Positions 7,272-15,783 of a stretch of 22,530 bases of DNA are shown one piece after another (position 1 is the stretch's first letter; every line of letters begins with the position of its first letter). Location: NCBI GenBank assembly GCA_039714075.1, contig JBDLKA010000056.1, positions 1 to 22,530 on the forward strand. The letters run 5' to 3'. The notes under the pieces were generated by a model. That model saw nothing but the letters and a program-made list of their open reading frames with translations. It was not told where the DNA came from and made no database searches. A program made the translations under genes and the position numbers. This DNA is from Candidatus Krumholzibacteriota bacterium. Lineage in GTDB: Bacteria; Krumholzibacteriota; Krumholzibacteriia; LZORAL124-64-63.

Positions 7272-9309
7272 GTCGGTCCACATCACCGCCTGCCCGCGCA
7301 ACTGCTACAGCACCTGTTCGATGCGCGTGACCGTCGAGGACGGCCGGTTGACCGCCGTCGAGCCGGTGGCGGCCAACGAGGCCACGCCGGAAGGGCCCTG
7401 CCTGAAGGGCCTGAGTTACGTGGAGCGACAGCACAGTCCCGACCGCATCCTGCACCCGTTGCGGCGCCGGGCCGACGGTTCGTTCGGCCGCGTATCGTGG
7501 GACAGTGCCCTCGACGAGATCGCCGACCACCTGCGGCGCACACGTGACGAACATGGCCCCCAGGCGATTTTTCACTACGCCGCCAGCGGCACCAAGGGCC
7601 TGCTGAACGGCTGCAGCCTGGCCTTCTGGCGTCTGTTCGGCGGCTGCACCACCACCTTCGGCGATCTGTGCTGGCCCGCCGGCCTCGAGGCCACCCGCCT
7701 GACGCTGGGCGAGAACAAACACAACGCGCCCTGGGATCTGGCCAACGCGCACCTGATCATCTTCTGGGGCAAAAACGCCGCGGAGACCAACATCCACCAG
7801 ATGCGCTTCGTGGACCAGGCCCTGGACGCCGGTGCCCGCCTGATCGTGATCGATCCGCGGCGCACCCAGACTTCCGAAAGAGCCGAGTTGCTGATCCAGC
7901 CGCGGCCCGGCACCGACGGGTACCTGGCTTTGGCCGTGGCGCGATTGCTGATCGAAAAGGGGAGCATCGACCGGGAATTCATCGCCGGGCACGTCCACGG
8001 CTTCGAGGAATTCGCGGCCATGGCGGGCGAGCGCACGGTCGAAGAGGCGGCCGGGGTCTGCGACGTACCGGTCGCCGCGATCGAAAAGCTGGCGGACCTG
8101 CTGGGCTCCGTCAAACCCGCCACCATCTGCGCCGGTTTCGGCATGCAGCGCTACACCAACAGCGGGCAGACCATGCGGGCGCTGATCGCCTTGTGTGCCG
8201 TAACAGGAAACATTGGACGTCCGGGCGCGGGGTGGGTATACGCGAATCTGCAGACCCAGGTATTCGGCGGCGCGCGTGACCCGATCGCCTTCTTTCCGCC
8301 GGATAATCCGGACGGCGTGGTTCGCGTGTCTGTTTCCACCGCCCGGTTGGGCCGCGACATGCAGGCCCAGACCGATCCGCCGTTGAAGTTCGCCTGGGTC
8401 GAGCGTGGCAATCCCCTGGCGCAGAACCCGGAGACCCACGCGGTGCGCAAGGCTTTTCGCGAGCTGGATTTCCGCGTGGTGGTCGAGCAGTTCATGACCG
8501 ACACCGCGCGCGAGGCGGACATCATCCTGCCGGCCAAGAGCATGTTCGAGCAGACCGACGTGATCGGGGCCTACTGGCATCATTACCTGCAGCTGAGGCC
8601 CGCGATATTGGACATGGCGGGCGAGGTGAAACCGGAAACGGAGATATTCCGGGAGTTGGCCCGGCGATTGGATATCGCGGGTCCCGGGCTGGATGATGCC
8701 GTACCGGGATCCAGGGATCTGGAAACCTGGCTCGACAGGCAGTTGAAGCCGTTGGACCTGACCCTCGCCGATCTGAAAGAGGGACCGGTGCCCGCGCCGG
8801 GCAGCGAGAACGTGGTTTTCACCGACCGGGTTTTTCCCACTCCGTCGGGAAAAATCGAGTTGCTGTCCGCCGAAGCGGCCATGCACTGGGGCATCGACCC
8901 TCTGCCGCGCGCCCACCTGCCGGGTGAGACGGCCGCCGGCGCGGACCCCGACCCCGCCACCCCGCTGCAGATGATGACCCCCAATACCAAGAACCGCATC
9001 CACTCGCAGTTCGGGAACCTGGATCTGATACGGCAGTACGATCCGGGCCCCGAGGTGACCATGCATCCCGACGACGCAGCGGCCCGCGGCATTGAACACG
9101 GCGATCGCGCCAAAGTGTTCAACCAAAGGGGTGAACTCGAACTGCCCGTCCGGATCGACGCCGGCATCCGACGCGGCTGCGTGTCGGTGACCAACGGCTG
9201 GTGGGGCGAACAGGGTGGCCTGGTGAACTTGCTTTCCGCAGGCCGCGAAACCGACGTGGCCCACGGAGCGGCCTTCCACGACACTTTGGTGGAGGTGAAA
9301 AAGGCATGA
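7264..9309 (+). CDS. Molybdopterin (bis-MGD) oxidoreductase catalytic subunit, DMSO reductase superfamily, no Tat signal
   Basis: N-terminal TACPRNCYSTC...GPCLKG Fe-S motif in frame upstream of the ATG at 7321; also RILHPLRR, SWDSALD, WGKNAAET, VIDPRRT, IQPRPGTDG, MTDTAREADIILPA, TPSGKIE, HSQF, MHPDDAAARGI. Start inferred at ATA 7264 (GGAGGA at 7252-7257); start position is less certain than the gene call. Confidence 0.9.
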   Translation: MSKSVHITACPRNCYSTCSMRVTVEDGRLTAVEPVAANEATPEGPCLKGLSYVERQHSPDRILHPLRRRADGSFGRVSWDSALDEIADHLRRTRDEHGPQAIFHYAASGTKGLLNGCSLAFWRLFGGCTTTFGDLCWPAGLEATRLTLGENKHNAPWDLANAHLIIFWGKNAAETNIHQMRFVDQALDAGARLIVIDPRRTQTSERAELLIQPRPGTDGYLALAVARLLIEKGSIDREFIAGHVHGFEEFAAMAGERTVEEAAGVCDVPVAAIEKLADLLGSVKPATICAGFGMQRYTNSGQTMRALIALCAVTGNIGRPGAGWVYANLQTQVFGGARDPIAFFPPDNPDGVVRVSVSTARLGRDMQAQTDPPLKFAWVERGNPLAQNPETHAVRKAFRELDFRVVVEQFMTDTAREADIILPAKSMFEQTDVIGAYWHHYLQLRPAILDMAGEVKPETEIFRELARRLDIAGPGLDDAVPGSRDLETWLDRQLKPLDLTLADLKEGPVPAPGSENVVFTDRVFPTPSGKIELLSAEAAMHWGIDPLPRAHLPGETAAGADPDPATPLQMMTPNTKNRIHSQFGNLDLIRQYDPGPEVTMHPDDAAARGIEHGDRAKVFNQRGELELPVRIDAGIRRGCVSVTNGWWGEQGGLVNLLSAGRETDVAHGAAFHDTLVEVKKA

Positions 9310-10661
9310 GCGCGCGGCCTGCCTTCATCGTCGATGTGAACAAATGCACGGGTTGCCACGCCTGCGCCATGGCCTGCGGGATCGCCAATGATCTACCGGC
9401 CACGCAGCCCTGGCGCGAGGTGCGCACCTTCAACGAACTTCATGTGCCGGGCGTCGAGCTGATGCACCTGTCGCTGGCCTGCAACCACTGCGCCGACGCG
9501 CCCTGCATGGAGCAGTGTCCGGCCCTGGCCTACCATCGCGACGAACAGACCGGTGCGGTTTTGATCAACAGCGACGCCTGCCTCGGCTGCCGCTACTGTG
9601 CGTGGGCCTGTCCCTACGGCGCCCCGCGTTTCGACGAATCCCGGGGCGTGATGACCAAGTGCAACTTCTGTGTGGATAAGCAGCACGAGGGCGGCCAGCC
9701 CGCCTGTGTGACGAGTTGCCCGACCGGCGCGTTGACCTGGGGCGAATTGCCGGACGAGGAGCTGGTCCAGGATGTCCCCGGTTTCGCCCAGGCGGGCGTC
9801 GGGCCTTCTATCCGTTTCGAACCGCTTCTGCCCGCGCGCCGGGTTCCGGAAACGACTCACCCGCCGGCTATGCCGCCCTGGCGACGCTTGCGCGACAAGA
9901 TCGTCCCGCACATCACCCTGAAACACGAATGGACCCTGGCGGTTTTCACCTTGCTTGCGGCGGCGCTGGTGGGCGTGTTCACCGCCTGGCGGCTGGGGAG
10001 CGTGGGTTTGGACTGGCGGGTTTTCCTGGGCCTGGGGGCTGCGGGCATGGCCTTGAGCGCCTCGCATCTGGGCCATGTGGAGCGGTCGTGGCGGGCCGCC
10101 CTGCACCTGGACGAATCGTGGCTGAGCCGGGAAATCGTGCTGATCGGCGGGTTCCTGGCCCTGGCCGCGGGGGCGCTCTATTTCGGTGGGTGGCCGACCT
10201 GGGCGGGCTGGGTTGCCGTAGCCCTGGGTTTCCTGACGTTGGCGGCGATCGACCGTGTCTACCGCGTGGCGACGATTCGCGGATCGGGCCCCCTGAACAG
10301 CGCCCACGTCCTGGGTACCGGGTTGCTGCTGGCCGCGGTCTGGCACTGGTCGCTGCCGGTGGCCGGAGGGGTGGCCCTGGTCAAGCTGGTGCTGTACGCA
10401 ACGAGAAGAAGGAGTCGGACGCGGCTGGGTTGCGATGTGTCCCATCCGGCGATGGGCTGGTTGCGGGCCGGCACACTGCTGGCGGGGATGGGTGCGATGT
10501 TCGGGGACATCCGCTGGCCGGCCCTGATCTTGATCCTGGTCGGAGAGATGATCGATCGAGGAGAATTCTACGCGGAGCTGGAAATCCCCACGCCAAATTC
10601 CCTGCTGCTCGACGAGCTGGAAGCGCGGCCCGAGGCGCACGCCGTTCCAAAGGGGGAATAA
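9306..10661 (+). CDS. Fused four-cluster ferredoxin (DmsB-like) + DmsC/NrfD-like membrane anchor
   Basis: Cys groups CTGCHACAMAC, CNHCADAPCMEQCP, CLGCRYCAWACP, CNFC...ACVTSCP; C-terminal hydrophobic domain with SHLGH...SWLSREI; ATGA overlap with the catalytic subunit. Confidence 0.9.
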   Translation: MSARPAFIVDVNKCTGCHACAMACGIANDLPATQPWREVRTFNELHVPGVELMHLSLACNHCADAPCMEQCPALAYHRDEQTGAVLINSDACLGCRYCAWACPYGAPRFDESRGVMTKCNFCVDKQHEGGQPACVTSCPTGALTWGELPDEELVQDVPGFAQAGVGPSIRFEPLLPARRVPETTHPPAMPPWRRLRDKIVPHITLKHEWTLAVFTLLAAALVGVFTAWRLGSVGLDWRVFLGLGAAGMALSASHLGHVERSWRAALHLDESWLSREIVLIGGFLALAAGALYFGGWPTWAGWVAVALGFLTLAAIDRVYRVATIRGSGPLNSAHVLGTGLLLAAVWHWSLPVAGGVALVKLVLYATRRRSRTRLGCDVSHPAMGWLRAGTLLAGMGAMFGDIRWPALILILVGEMIDRGEFYAELEIPTPNSLLLDELEARPEAHAVPKGE

Positions 10662-10902
10662 AAAAATCGACCCGGTCCAGTCATGCCGAAGCGCAAGGGG
10701 GATCGCGATAGGCAAAAGCTGAACCGGGCCGAAAAGCCGGGCCTGCAAAACGTCTCTGGTGACGCCCTGCAAACAGTACTAAAAGTGTAGGGTATCTAAA
10801 CGAATTGGCAAGCAAAAGGTTTCGATTTTCTCGAATATTTTCAGGCTGTTGAGGGTATGTTAATAAACGGCTTCAATTTACAATTGGTCTGGAGGTTCCC
10901 GC

Positions 10903-11586
10903 ATGACCCGCAAACCGCTACCTCTTTACGAGGAAATCCTGCTTCTGGCCCTCGATGACGACAAGGGAACCACCTCCCAGGGTGGATTTTTCAGGAATTC
11001 CATGGGCGGAGCCATCCTGGCTGAACTGGCCCTCAACGGCTCGCTGTCCATCGCAAACGACAAGGGAAAAAGAGTCCAGGTTGTGCGGCACGGTCGTCTG
11101 GACGATCCCATCCTCGACGAATGCCTGACCATGGTCCGGGAAGCGAAGAAACCGAAGAAGGCCAGCGAGTGGGTGATGAAGTTCGCGGCGCTGAAGGACC
11201 TGAAGAACCGCGTCGCCCGGCAGCTTGTGGCCAAAGGCGTTTTGGCCGAAGACACCGGTTCGGTCTTGAAGATCTTCAAACGGACCATCTATCCCGAAGT
11301 GGACGGCGGTCCGGAAAAGGATCTGCGCGAGCGCATGGAAAAAGCCATCTTCACCGCGACGACGAACATGGAAACCCGCACCGTGGTCATCATCGCTTTG
11401 GCCCACGCCGGCAACATGCTGAAGAATGTGTTCCCGAAAAATAAACTGAAGGAACGCAAGCAGCGGCTGGAAAAACTGACCAGCGGACAGCTTGCGGGCA
11501 AGGCCACCAAGGAGGCGGTCGCAGCGGTTCAGGCGGCGATCATGGTGACCGCGGTGATGCCGGCGATCTATACGGCGGCGACCTAG
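10903..11586 (+). CDS. GPP34/GOLPH3-Vps74 family protein
   Basis: LYEEILLLALDDDKG...GAILAELAL.G...DPILDE...LVAKGVL...IF.RTIYP pattern; GGAGG SD. Confidence 0.85.
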   Translation: MTRKPLPLYEEILLLALDDDKGTTSQGGFFRNSMGGAILAELALNGSLSIANDKGKRVQVVRHGRLDDPILDECLTMVREAKKPKKASEWVMKFAALKDLKNRVARQLVAKGVLAEDTGSVLKIFKRTIYPEVDGGPEKDLRERMEKAIFTATTNMETRTVVIIALAHAGNMLKNVFPKNKLKERKQRLEKLTSGQLAGKATKEAVAAVQAAIMVTAVMPAIYTAAT

Positions 11587-12731
11587 ATTCCCCCTGAATC
11601 CAGCGCCCGCCACAGATAGTACGAACCCATCGAGCGGAAGGGCCGCCACGGTTCCGCGATCTCCGTCAGTTCGGCGGGGGTCGCGTATTCCTCCAGCCCA
11701 TAGAGCTTCGCCGCGGCCATGCGCAGACCCAGGTCACCCACCGGCAGCACGTCCAAACGGTCCATGTGGAAGATGAGATGCATGTGGGCCGACCACACGC
11801 CGATGCCCTTGACCTTCGTCAGTTCGGTGATCACTTCCTCGTCGGTCATCCGTTTCAGGGCGCCCAGTTTCAGGCGGCCGTCACCCACCCGGGCGGCCAG
11901 ATCGCGCACGAAGCCCACCTTGGCGTTGGACAAGCCGCAGGCGCGCAACTTTTCCGGCGGGAATTCCAGCATCTCCGCGGGCGAAGGGAAGTGCGGTCCG
12001 GGCGTCAGGTCGCGAACACGCCCGGCGATGGTCTGCCCGGCCTTGACCGAAAGCTGCTGGTGCACGATGGCCGTGACCAGGGTGTCGTAGGGCGGCCGCG
12101 GCTTGTCCGGCCGGGCCAGGTAGGGGCCGACCTTGGCGATGACGCGGCGGATTTTCGGATCGACCTTCCGCAGATGGCGGATGCCCCGGGCATGTTCGGC
12201 GTCGGGTTCGTAACCCTCGATGAACAGCAGCCGGGCCTTGAGCCCGGTCCCGCCGGCGGATGAAAAACCGGTCAGGGAACCATCGGCCCCCAGGCAACGG
12301 TGGCAGGGAACGATGATCGGCACCGGGTTGGCCCCCATGATGCGTCCGATCGCCCGGGCGGCGCCCGGCTTTCCCGCCTTGGCGGCCAACCGGCCGTAGG
12401 TGATCACCTGGCCGGGTTTAACTTTGCGCAGGGCGCGCAGCACCTTCCGTGAAAATTCGGAACTGTCGGACAGGTCGACGGGGATATCCCGCAAATCGTC
12501 GGGTCGTCCGCGCAGCAGGCCCTTGATCCGGTCCCGGGTTTCCGCAAGGGGGGAAGGGAGTTTCCCGACTCCCGGCAGACCGGGACAGGAAGCCCTCAAT
12601 TCGTCCGCGGTTTCGTCCACGTTCCGATGTCCCATCACCAGCCGGCAAACCCCGCGCCGGGTCCAGGCCAGACCCATTGGGCCGACCGGCGACATGAAAA
12701 CGAACCATCCCTCAGAAGTGAATTTCAACAT
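11583..12731 (-). CDS. Fusion of O6-alkylguanine-DNA alkyltransferase (Ogt) and HhH-GPD 3-methyladenine DNA glycosylase (AlkA/Mag-like)
   Basis: N-half: SPVG, GQVITYGRLA, AARAIG, NPVPIIVPCHR, LLFIEG. C-half: DP, AIVHQQLS, LRACGLS..K, HhH LTKVKGIGVWSA, LPVGDLG, WRPFRS. One continuous frame; alternative start at 12764. Confidence 0.9.
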   Translation of the reverse strand: MLKFTSEGWFVFMSPVGPMGLAWTRRGVCRLVMGHRNVDETADELRASCPGLPGVGKLPSPLAETRDRIKGLLRGRPDDLRDIPVDLSDSSEFSRKVLRALRKVKPGQVITYGRLAAKAGKPGAARAIGRIMGANPVPIIVPCHRCLGADGSLTGFSSAGGTGLKARLLFIEGYEPDAEHARGIRHLRKVDPKIRRVIAKVGPYLARPDKPRPPYDTLVTAIVHQQLSVKAGQTIAGRVRDLTPGPHFPSPAEMLEFPPEKLRACGLSNAKVGFVRDLAARVGDGRLKLGALKRMTDEEVITELTKVKGIGVWSAHMHLIFHMDRLDVLPVGDLGLRMAAAKLYGLEEYATPAELTEIAEPWRPFRSMGSYYLWRALDSGGI

Positions 12732-12833
12732 CAAGGTGCCTTTCCGGGCCGTGGAGCTTATCATTCCTGCCAGATCGTAATAAACGCGCCCAATGTACCA
12801 CAAGCCCCTGAACCCGCGAAGAAGGACCAGGTT

Positions 12834-13271
12834 TTGTCGGAACTCGAATTGCGCCTCGCCGCCAGCGAAGAAGATGTCCTGAAAGTCCTGGTCGTCCGCG
12901 GCATCGTGTTCATCGAGGAGCAGGAGGTGGACTGGGAAGGCGAGATCGACGAGTTCGAAAAGACCGCCACCCACTTCCTGGGCGAAGTCGGCGGGCAGCC
13001 GGTGGCCACGGGCAGGCTGCGCCACCTGAAGGACGGCTGGGTCAAGCTGGAGCGCATCGCCGTGCGGCCGCGGTGGCGGGGCGCCGGTCATGCGGGCCGG
13101 ATGGTGGCTTTCATGATGGATCACGCCCGGGCCCGGGGCGCCCGCAAATTCAAGATGCACGCCCAGGTCCACCTGGAAGATTTCTACGGCGGCTTCGGTT
13201 TCCGGCGCGAAGGCGACGTTTTCGAAGAATGCGGCATCGATCACCTTCTCATGGTTCGCGAGGACGACTGA
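12834..13271 (+). CDS. GNAT N-acetyltransferase (ElaA/YjcF-like)
   Basis: VRGIVFIEEQ, EIDEFE, KLERIAV..RWRGAGHAG, MHAQ, FY..FGF, FEECGIDH; TTG start after AAGGA is inferred. Confidence 0.88.
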   Translation: MSELELRLAASEEDVLKVLVVRGIVFIEEQEVDWEGEIDEFEKTATHFLGEVGGQPVATGRLRHLKDGWVKLERIAVRPRWRGAGHAGRMVAFMMDHARARGARKFKMHAQVHLEDFYGGFGFRREGDVFEECGIDHLLMVREDD

Positions 13272-14413
13272 TGTTTGTTTACCAGCAGCGCAAACAGTTT
13301 TTCGCCCAGGTCGCCGGCGGTCTGGAGGACATTGCCGCGAAGGAATTCAAGGCCCTGGGCGCCACCGACGGCGAGACCATCACCCGGGGAATTCATTTCC
13401 ACGCGGACCTAGAGACCGTGTACCGGATCAACTACCGTTCGCGCCTGGCCACGCGGGTGCTGGCGCCGCTGATCAAGTTCGAGGCCAAGACCCCGGAAGA
13501 GCTTTACCTGGGCGCCAAGAAGGTGGACTGGACCCGGATTTTCCGGCTGGACCAGACGTTCGCGGTGTTCGCCAACACTTTCCACAGCGAGATCGATCAC
13601 AGCCAGTTCGCGTCGCTGAAGGTCAAGGACTGCGTCGTGGACATGTTCCGCAAACGGTACAAGCAGAAGCGGCCGAACGTCGATCCCAAGGACCCCGATC
13701 TCATCATCGCCGTGCATATCTTCGAGAACCAGGTCACCATCAGCATCGATTGTTCGGGCGGCTCGTTGCACCGGCGCGGTTACCGGAAGGACTCGGTCGA
13801 GGCGCCCATGCAGGAAACGTTGGCCGCCGGGATCATCGATTTCGCCGAGTGGGACTGCAAGCGGCCCCTGTATGATCCCATGTGCGGGTCGGGCACCCTG
13901 CTGAGCGAAGCCTGGCTGAAAGCGGGCTACATTCCGCCGCAAACCCTGCGCAAGAAATTCGGGTTCATGATGCTGCCGGATTTCGACCGCCGCGACTGGG
14001 TGAAGGTCAAGCTGCAGGAAGACAACAAGATAAAACTGGTCAGAGGCGGGTTGATCCGCGGCAGCGATATCAACGCCAAGGCCGTGCGGATGACGCGCAG
14101 CAACAACGCGCGCATCCCGGGCGGCGACGAACTCATCGTCAAGACGATGGATTTTCGCGACCTTGATAACCTGGAAGACCGCCTGATCGTCTGCAATCCG
14201 CCCTACGGCATCCGCCTGATGAAGGACGAGGACATGGGCGCGTTCATGAAGGAATTCGGCGATTTCCTGAAACAGAAATGCAAGGGCAGCGACGCCTTCA
14301 TCTATTTCGGCGACCGCGAACTGGTGAAATCCTTCGGCCTGAAACCCGCCTTCAAAATGCCCCTGCGCAACGGGGGGCTGGACGGCCGCCTGGTGAAGTA
14401 TGAACTGTACTAG
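13271..14413 (+). CDS. THUMP-domain class I SAM-dependent RNA methyltransferase (RlmL/YpsC-like m2G methyltransferase)
   Basis: SLHRRGYR, APMQETLAA, DPMCGSGTLL, NPPYG motifs; TGATG coupling to the GNAT gene. Confidence 0.9.
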   Translation: MFVYQQRKQFFAQVAGGLEDIAAKEFKALGATDGETITRGIHFHADLETVYRINYRSRLATRVLAPLIKFEAKTPEELYLGAKKVDWTRIFRLDQTFAVFANTFHSEIDHSQFASLKVKDCVVDMFRKRYKQKRPNVDPKDPDLIIAVHIFENQVTISIDCSGGSLHRRGYRKDSVEAPMQETLAAGIIDFAEWDCKRPLYDPMCGSGTLLSEAWLKAGYIPPQTLRKKFGFMMLPDFDRRDWVKVKLQEDNKIKLVRGGLIRGSDINAKAVRMTRSNNARIPGGDELIVKTMDFRDLDNLEDRLIVCNPPYGIRLMKDEDMGAFMKEFGDFLKQKCKGSDAFIYFGDRELVKSFGLKPAFKMPLRNGGLDGRLVKYELY

Positions 14414-15434
14414 ACGTATTGCGGCGGCGATTCCGGCGGTCATATTGTGCCTGGCGATGCCGGCTTTCGCGGGCGGCGACGACGGGGGCATGCCCACGGT
14501 CCGGGTTCAACTGCTGACCCTGGAAGGGCCTTTGGCCGCCGCCGAAGCCGAAGTCTCGAGCATGACCTGGCAGGGGGATACGCTGGTCATTCTGCCCCAG
14601 TTTCCCGACAAGTTCGCCGCCGACGGCATGCTGGGGTTTTTCGGCGTCGAGAAACAGGAAATCCTGGCGATTCTGGACAGCGGTGGCCGGGACCCCATCC
14701 GGCCCCACCAGGTGTACTGCAAGGCGCCGGGTCTGGCGGGCGTGGTGCGTGGTTTCGACGGCCTCGAGGCCATGGGCTGCATCGGCGACCGGTATTTCAT
14801 GACCGTCGAAGCCGAGGACGACACGGTGATGGCCGGCTTCCTGGTCAGCGGCCATTACGACATGGTGGACGACATCGTGGTCATGGATATGACCCGCCTG
14901 GCCTCGATCCCCCTGGGGCTGAACATTCCCAATGTGGCCGAGGAGACGATCATCATCGACGGGCTGCGGGTGATAACCATCAGCGAGGCCAACGGCCTGA
15001 ACATCAATCCCGAGCCCAAGGCCAAGGTCTTCAACGTCGAGGCCGAGTTCACCGGGGTGCTGGCCATGCCCCAGATCGAATACCGGGTGACCGACGCCAC
15101 CGCTCTGGATGAAGAAGGCCGCTTCTGGGTCGTGAACTATTACTATCCCCCGGAACGGTGGAAACTGGATCCGGCCCCCGATCCCGAGTTGGCCCGCTTC
15201 GGCGATCCGGCGTCCTTCGATCCCGATCAGTGTGTCGAACGGCTGCTCGAGCTGCGGTTGACCGCGGATGATCGTATCGTTCGAACCCAGAGTCCTCCGC
15301 TGAACCTGGCCCTGCTGCCGGACCGGGAGTGCCGCAACTGGGAAGCGGTGGTCCGTCTGGATGACCGCGGTTTCCTGCTGATGACCGACAAGTACCCGGG
15401 CACGCTGCTGGCCTTCGTGCCGTTTCCGAATTGA
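14400..15434 (+). CDS. Secreted protein of unknown function (acidic, possible beta-propeller)
   Basis: Signal peptide MNCTRRIAAAIPAVILCLAMPAFA; repeated E(V/A)xx motifs (EVSSM, GLEAM, NWEAV) and LLMTDKYP; typical codon usage; overlaps the upstream stop. Confidence 0.75.
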   Translation: MNCTRRIAAAIPAVILCLAMPAFAGGDDGGMPTVRVQLLTLEGPLAAAEAEVSSMTWQGDTLVILPQFPDKFAADGMLGFFGVEKQEILAILDSGGRDPIRPHQVYCKAPGLAGVVRGFDGLEAMGCIGDRYFMTVEAEDDTVMAGFLVSGHYDMVDDIVVMDMTRLASIPLGLNIPNVAEETIIIDGLRVITISEANGLNINPEPKAKVFNVEAEFTGVLAMPQIEYRVTDATALDEEGRFWVVNYYYPPERWKLDPAPDPELARFGDPASFDPDQCVERLLELRLTADDRIVRTQSPPLNLALLPDRECRNWEAVVRLDDRGFLLMTDKYPGTLLAFVPFPN

Positions 15435-15441
15435 GCTGAAA

Positions 15442-15783
15442 ATGAACCACAATACCGTGATCGTGATCAATCACGAGGGCATGGGGCAGGCCGAACCGGC
15501 CCTGGCTCACAAACTCGCCAAGACGTTCCTGAACATGCTCGACCTGGACGACCGTCTGCCCCGGGCCATCTGCTTCTATGCGGACGGCGTGAAGCTGGCG
15601 GTCGCGGGATCTCCGGTCCTGGAGGAGTTGGAATCGCTCGCGGCCAAGGGCGTGGAGCTGATCGTTTGTACCACCTGCCTGAACCACTTCGGCATCCTGG
15701 ATTCGCTGGCGGTGGGTACGGCTGGTGGCATGAAGGACATTGTCGATGTCCAGGACGAGGCCTCTAAGGTGATCACCCTTTAA
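15442..15783 (+). CDS. DsrE-family protein (similar to the C-terminal domain of YedF-type sulfur/selenium proteins)
   Basis: GMGQAEPAL..KL, ICFYADGVKL, L..KGVELIVCTTCL, GGMKDIV pattern. Confidence 0.8.
   Translation: MNHNTVIVINHEGMGQAEPALAHKLAKTFLNMLDLDDRLPRAICFYADGVKLAVAGSPVLEELESLAAKGVELIVCTTCLNHFGILDSLAVGTAGGMKDIVDVQDEASKVITL

Noticed and set aside
7204..9309. Selenocysteine read-through in the molybdoenzyme
   Set aside because: No in-frame TGA within the conserved region; the upstream TGA at 7204 lies inside the lipoprotein gene in another frame with non-homologous flanks.
10700..10800. Resemblance to a c-di-GMP-I riboswitch (GGCAAA...GAAA...GCAAA)
   Set aside because: The stems, tetraloop receptor and spacing of the consensus could not be built convincingly by eye.
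12732..13244. N-terminal extension of the 553-aa ORF suggesting a third domain on the Ogt-AlkA fusion
   Set aside because: It is the antisense of the GNAT gene and has no Ada zinc-finger or AraC motif.
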